Shown: one piece after another, positions 63,092-64,000 of the stretch
Layout: every line of letters begins with the position of its first letter
How positions within the stretch are numbered: the stretch's first letter is position 1
DNA from: Candidatus Moraniibacteriota bacterium
Lineage (GTDB): Bacteria > Patescibacteriota > Minisyncoccia > Moranbacterales > UBA9337
Reading direction: 5' to 3'
NCBI GenBank assembly: GCA_026985555.1
Contig: JALSQF010000003.1
Location: forward strand, 62,605-126,604
DNA: 64,000 bases
Notes under the pieces: model-generated
Seen by the model: the letters and a program-made list of their open reading frames with translations, nothing else
Database searches by the model: none
Told to the model about the DNA's origin: nothing
Made by a program: the position numbers and the translations under genes

Positions 63092-63469
63092 ATGTTAAAA
63101 GCTATACTATTTAAAATCTCTTTTTTTCAATGGTTATTGATCGTGGTGGCGCTTTTCTTTATTGTAGATAGAGTTAAAAAGTTTTTTAAAAAAGAATATA
63201 AACAAACTTTTTTAAAGTTTATTTTTAGTTTAATTATTTGGGGCGGTGTTTTATTTTTCTCTTTATTTCCAGATGTAGCTCGTCAATTATCAATGAAATT
63301 GGGTTTAGGTGAAAATTTAAATGTTTTAATTTTTTTTGGCTTTGTGATAGTTTTTATAATTATTTTTAAGATTTTAGAAATAGTGGAACGTAATGAAAGG
63401 AATATAACTGAAATTGTTAGAAAAAATGCGCTAAGAGATTTAGAAAAATATAAAAAGAAGAAAAAATAA
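63092..63469 (+). CDS. small membrane protein (GtrA-like?)
   Basis: About 3 predicted transmembrane helices, downstream of the DPM-like GT2. The assignment is tentative. Confidence 0.3.
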   Translation: MLKAILFKISFFQWLLIVVALFFIVDRVKKFFKKEYKQTFLKFIFSLIIWGGVLFFSLFPDVARQLSMKLGLGENLNVLIFFGFVIVFIIIFKILEIVERNERNITEIVRKNALRDLEKYKKKKK

Positions 63470-63506
63470 ATCTAAAATTCAACTAGTTGGCTTTTTTATT
63501 TTCTTT

Positions 63507-64000
63507 ATGTCTCAAAATAATCTACTTAAAAATATTCAAAATTATCTTTTTTCTCAACAAGTTTTACAAAAAAAAGATAAAATTATTATAGCTGTTTCAG
63601 GCGGTCCAGACAGTGTTTTTCTTTTGAATATTTTTAACCAATTAGCTAAAAAATATCAATGGAAATTAGGCGTAGCGCATATTAATTACAATTTAAGAGG
63701 AAAAGATTCTCAAAGAGATGAAAAATTAGTGGAAAATTTAGCTCAAAAATTTAATTATCCCTTTTATTTAAAAAAAATTTCCTTACAGAAAAAAAATGAA
63801 GTTAATGAAAATTTTTTAAGAGAAATTAGATATAATTTTTTTGAGAAAATTAGACAACGTTATGATTATAACTGGATTGTTGTAGGGCACAATCAAGATG
63901 ATCAAGCGGAAACCCTTCTACTTCATTTAATTAGGGGAAGTGGATTGCAAGGATTGTCCGCTATGAATTTTAGAAATAATTATATTGTGCGACCCCTTCT
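63507..64000 (+). CDS. tilS: tRNA(Ile)-lysidine synthetase, truncated at the window edge
   Basis: SGGPDS PP-loop at the N-terminus; not in the ORF track because it runs off the window end. Confidence 0.75.
   Translation, partial: MSQNNLLKNIQNYLFSQQVLQKKDKIIIAVSGGPDSVFLLNIFNQLAKKYQWKLGVAHINYNLRGKDSQRDEKLVENLAQKFNYPFYLKKISLQKKNEVNENFLREIRYNFFEKIRQRYDYNWIVVGHNQDDQAETLLLHLIRGSGLQGLSAMNFRNNYIVRPL

Overview
This is an AT-rich, densely coded bacterial segment with roughly 28-30% GC outside the rRNA and a few GC-rich islands. Strong AAGGAGG ribosome-binding sites, small proteins with insertions, 23S expansion segments and a 23S-5S pair with no adjacent 16S are consistent with a reduced-genome lineage such as Patescibacteria/CPR; that assignment is an inference. 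Recognisable genes by motif are alaS, cca, miaA, recR, dnaB, ruvB, comEC, ftsK, rodZ-like, recA, a tandem-fused double PilB/GspE ATPase, an NrnA-like DHH phosphoesterase, trxB, tgt, nusA, tig, clpP, a polyprenyl synthase, uppS, a U32 peptidase, an HD hydrolase and YjbQ. Surface-glycan genes sit at both ends (GT2 plus Wzz-like at the 5' end; GT4, AsnB, a large polytopic membrane protein, GT4, a DPM-like GT2 and tilS at the 3' end). The window also holds 23S and 5S rRNA, tRNA-Ser(GCU) and tRNA-Arg(CCU). Six things are not ordinary. (1) A perfect 48-bp palindrome carrying three nested ATTTAAAT motifs occurs five times, always intergenic, at roughly 13-14 kb spacing. (2) A large serine recombinase gene is interrupted by a single in-frame TAA and bracketed by roughly 73- and 107-bp imperfect inverted repeats, immediately downstream of 5S and tRNA-Ser. 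Next to it lie a GC-rich structured segment and a small gene with its own promoter and terminator. (3) A 1673-aa protein carries two GHKL/Bergerat ATPase-like modules, a near-identical 114-bp tandem repeat array and a C-terminal HExxH motif. (4) Three secreted-protein genes have AT-rich signal peptides fused to GC-rich bodies using foreign-looking codons. (5) A roughly 145-nt GC-rich element closed by a 13-bp long-range helix lies between ruvB and comEC and is a candidate structured RNA. (6) A terminator-like hairpin sits in the nusA leader. All functional assignments rest on motifs read by eye; no database searches were run.
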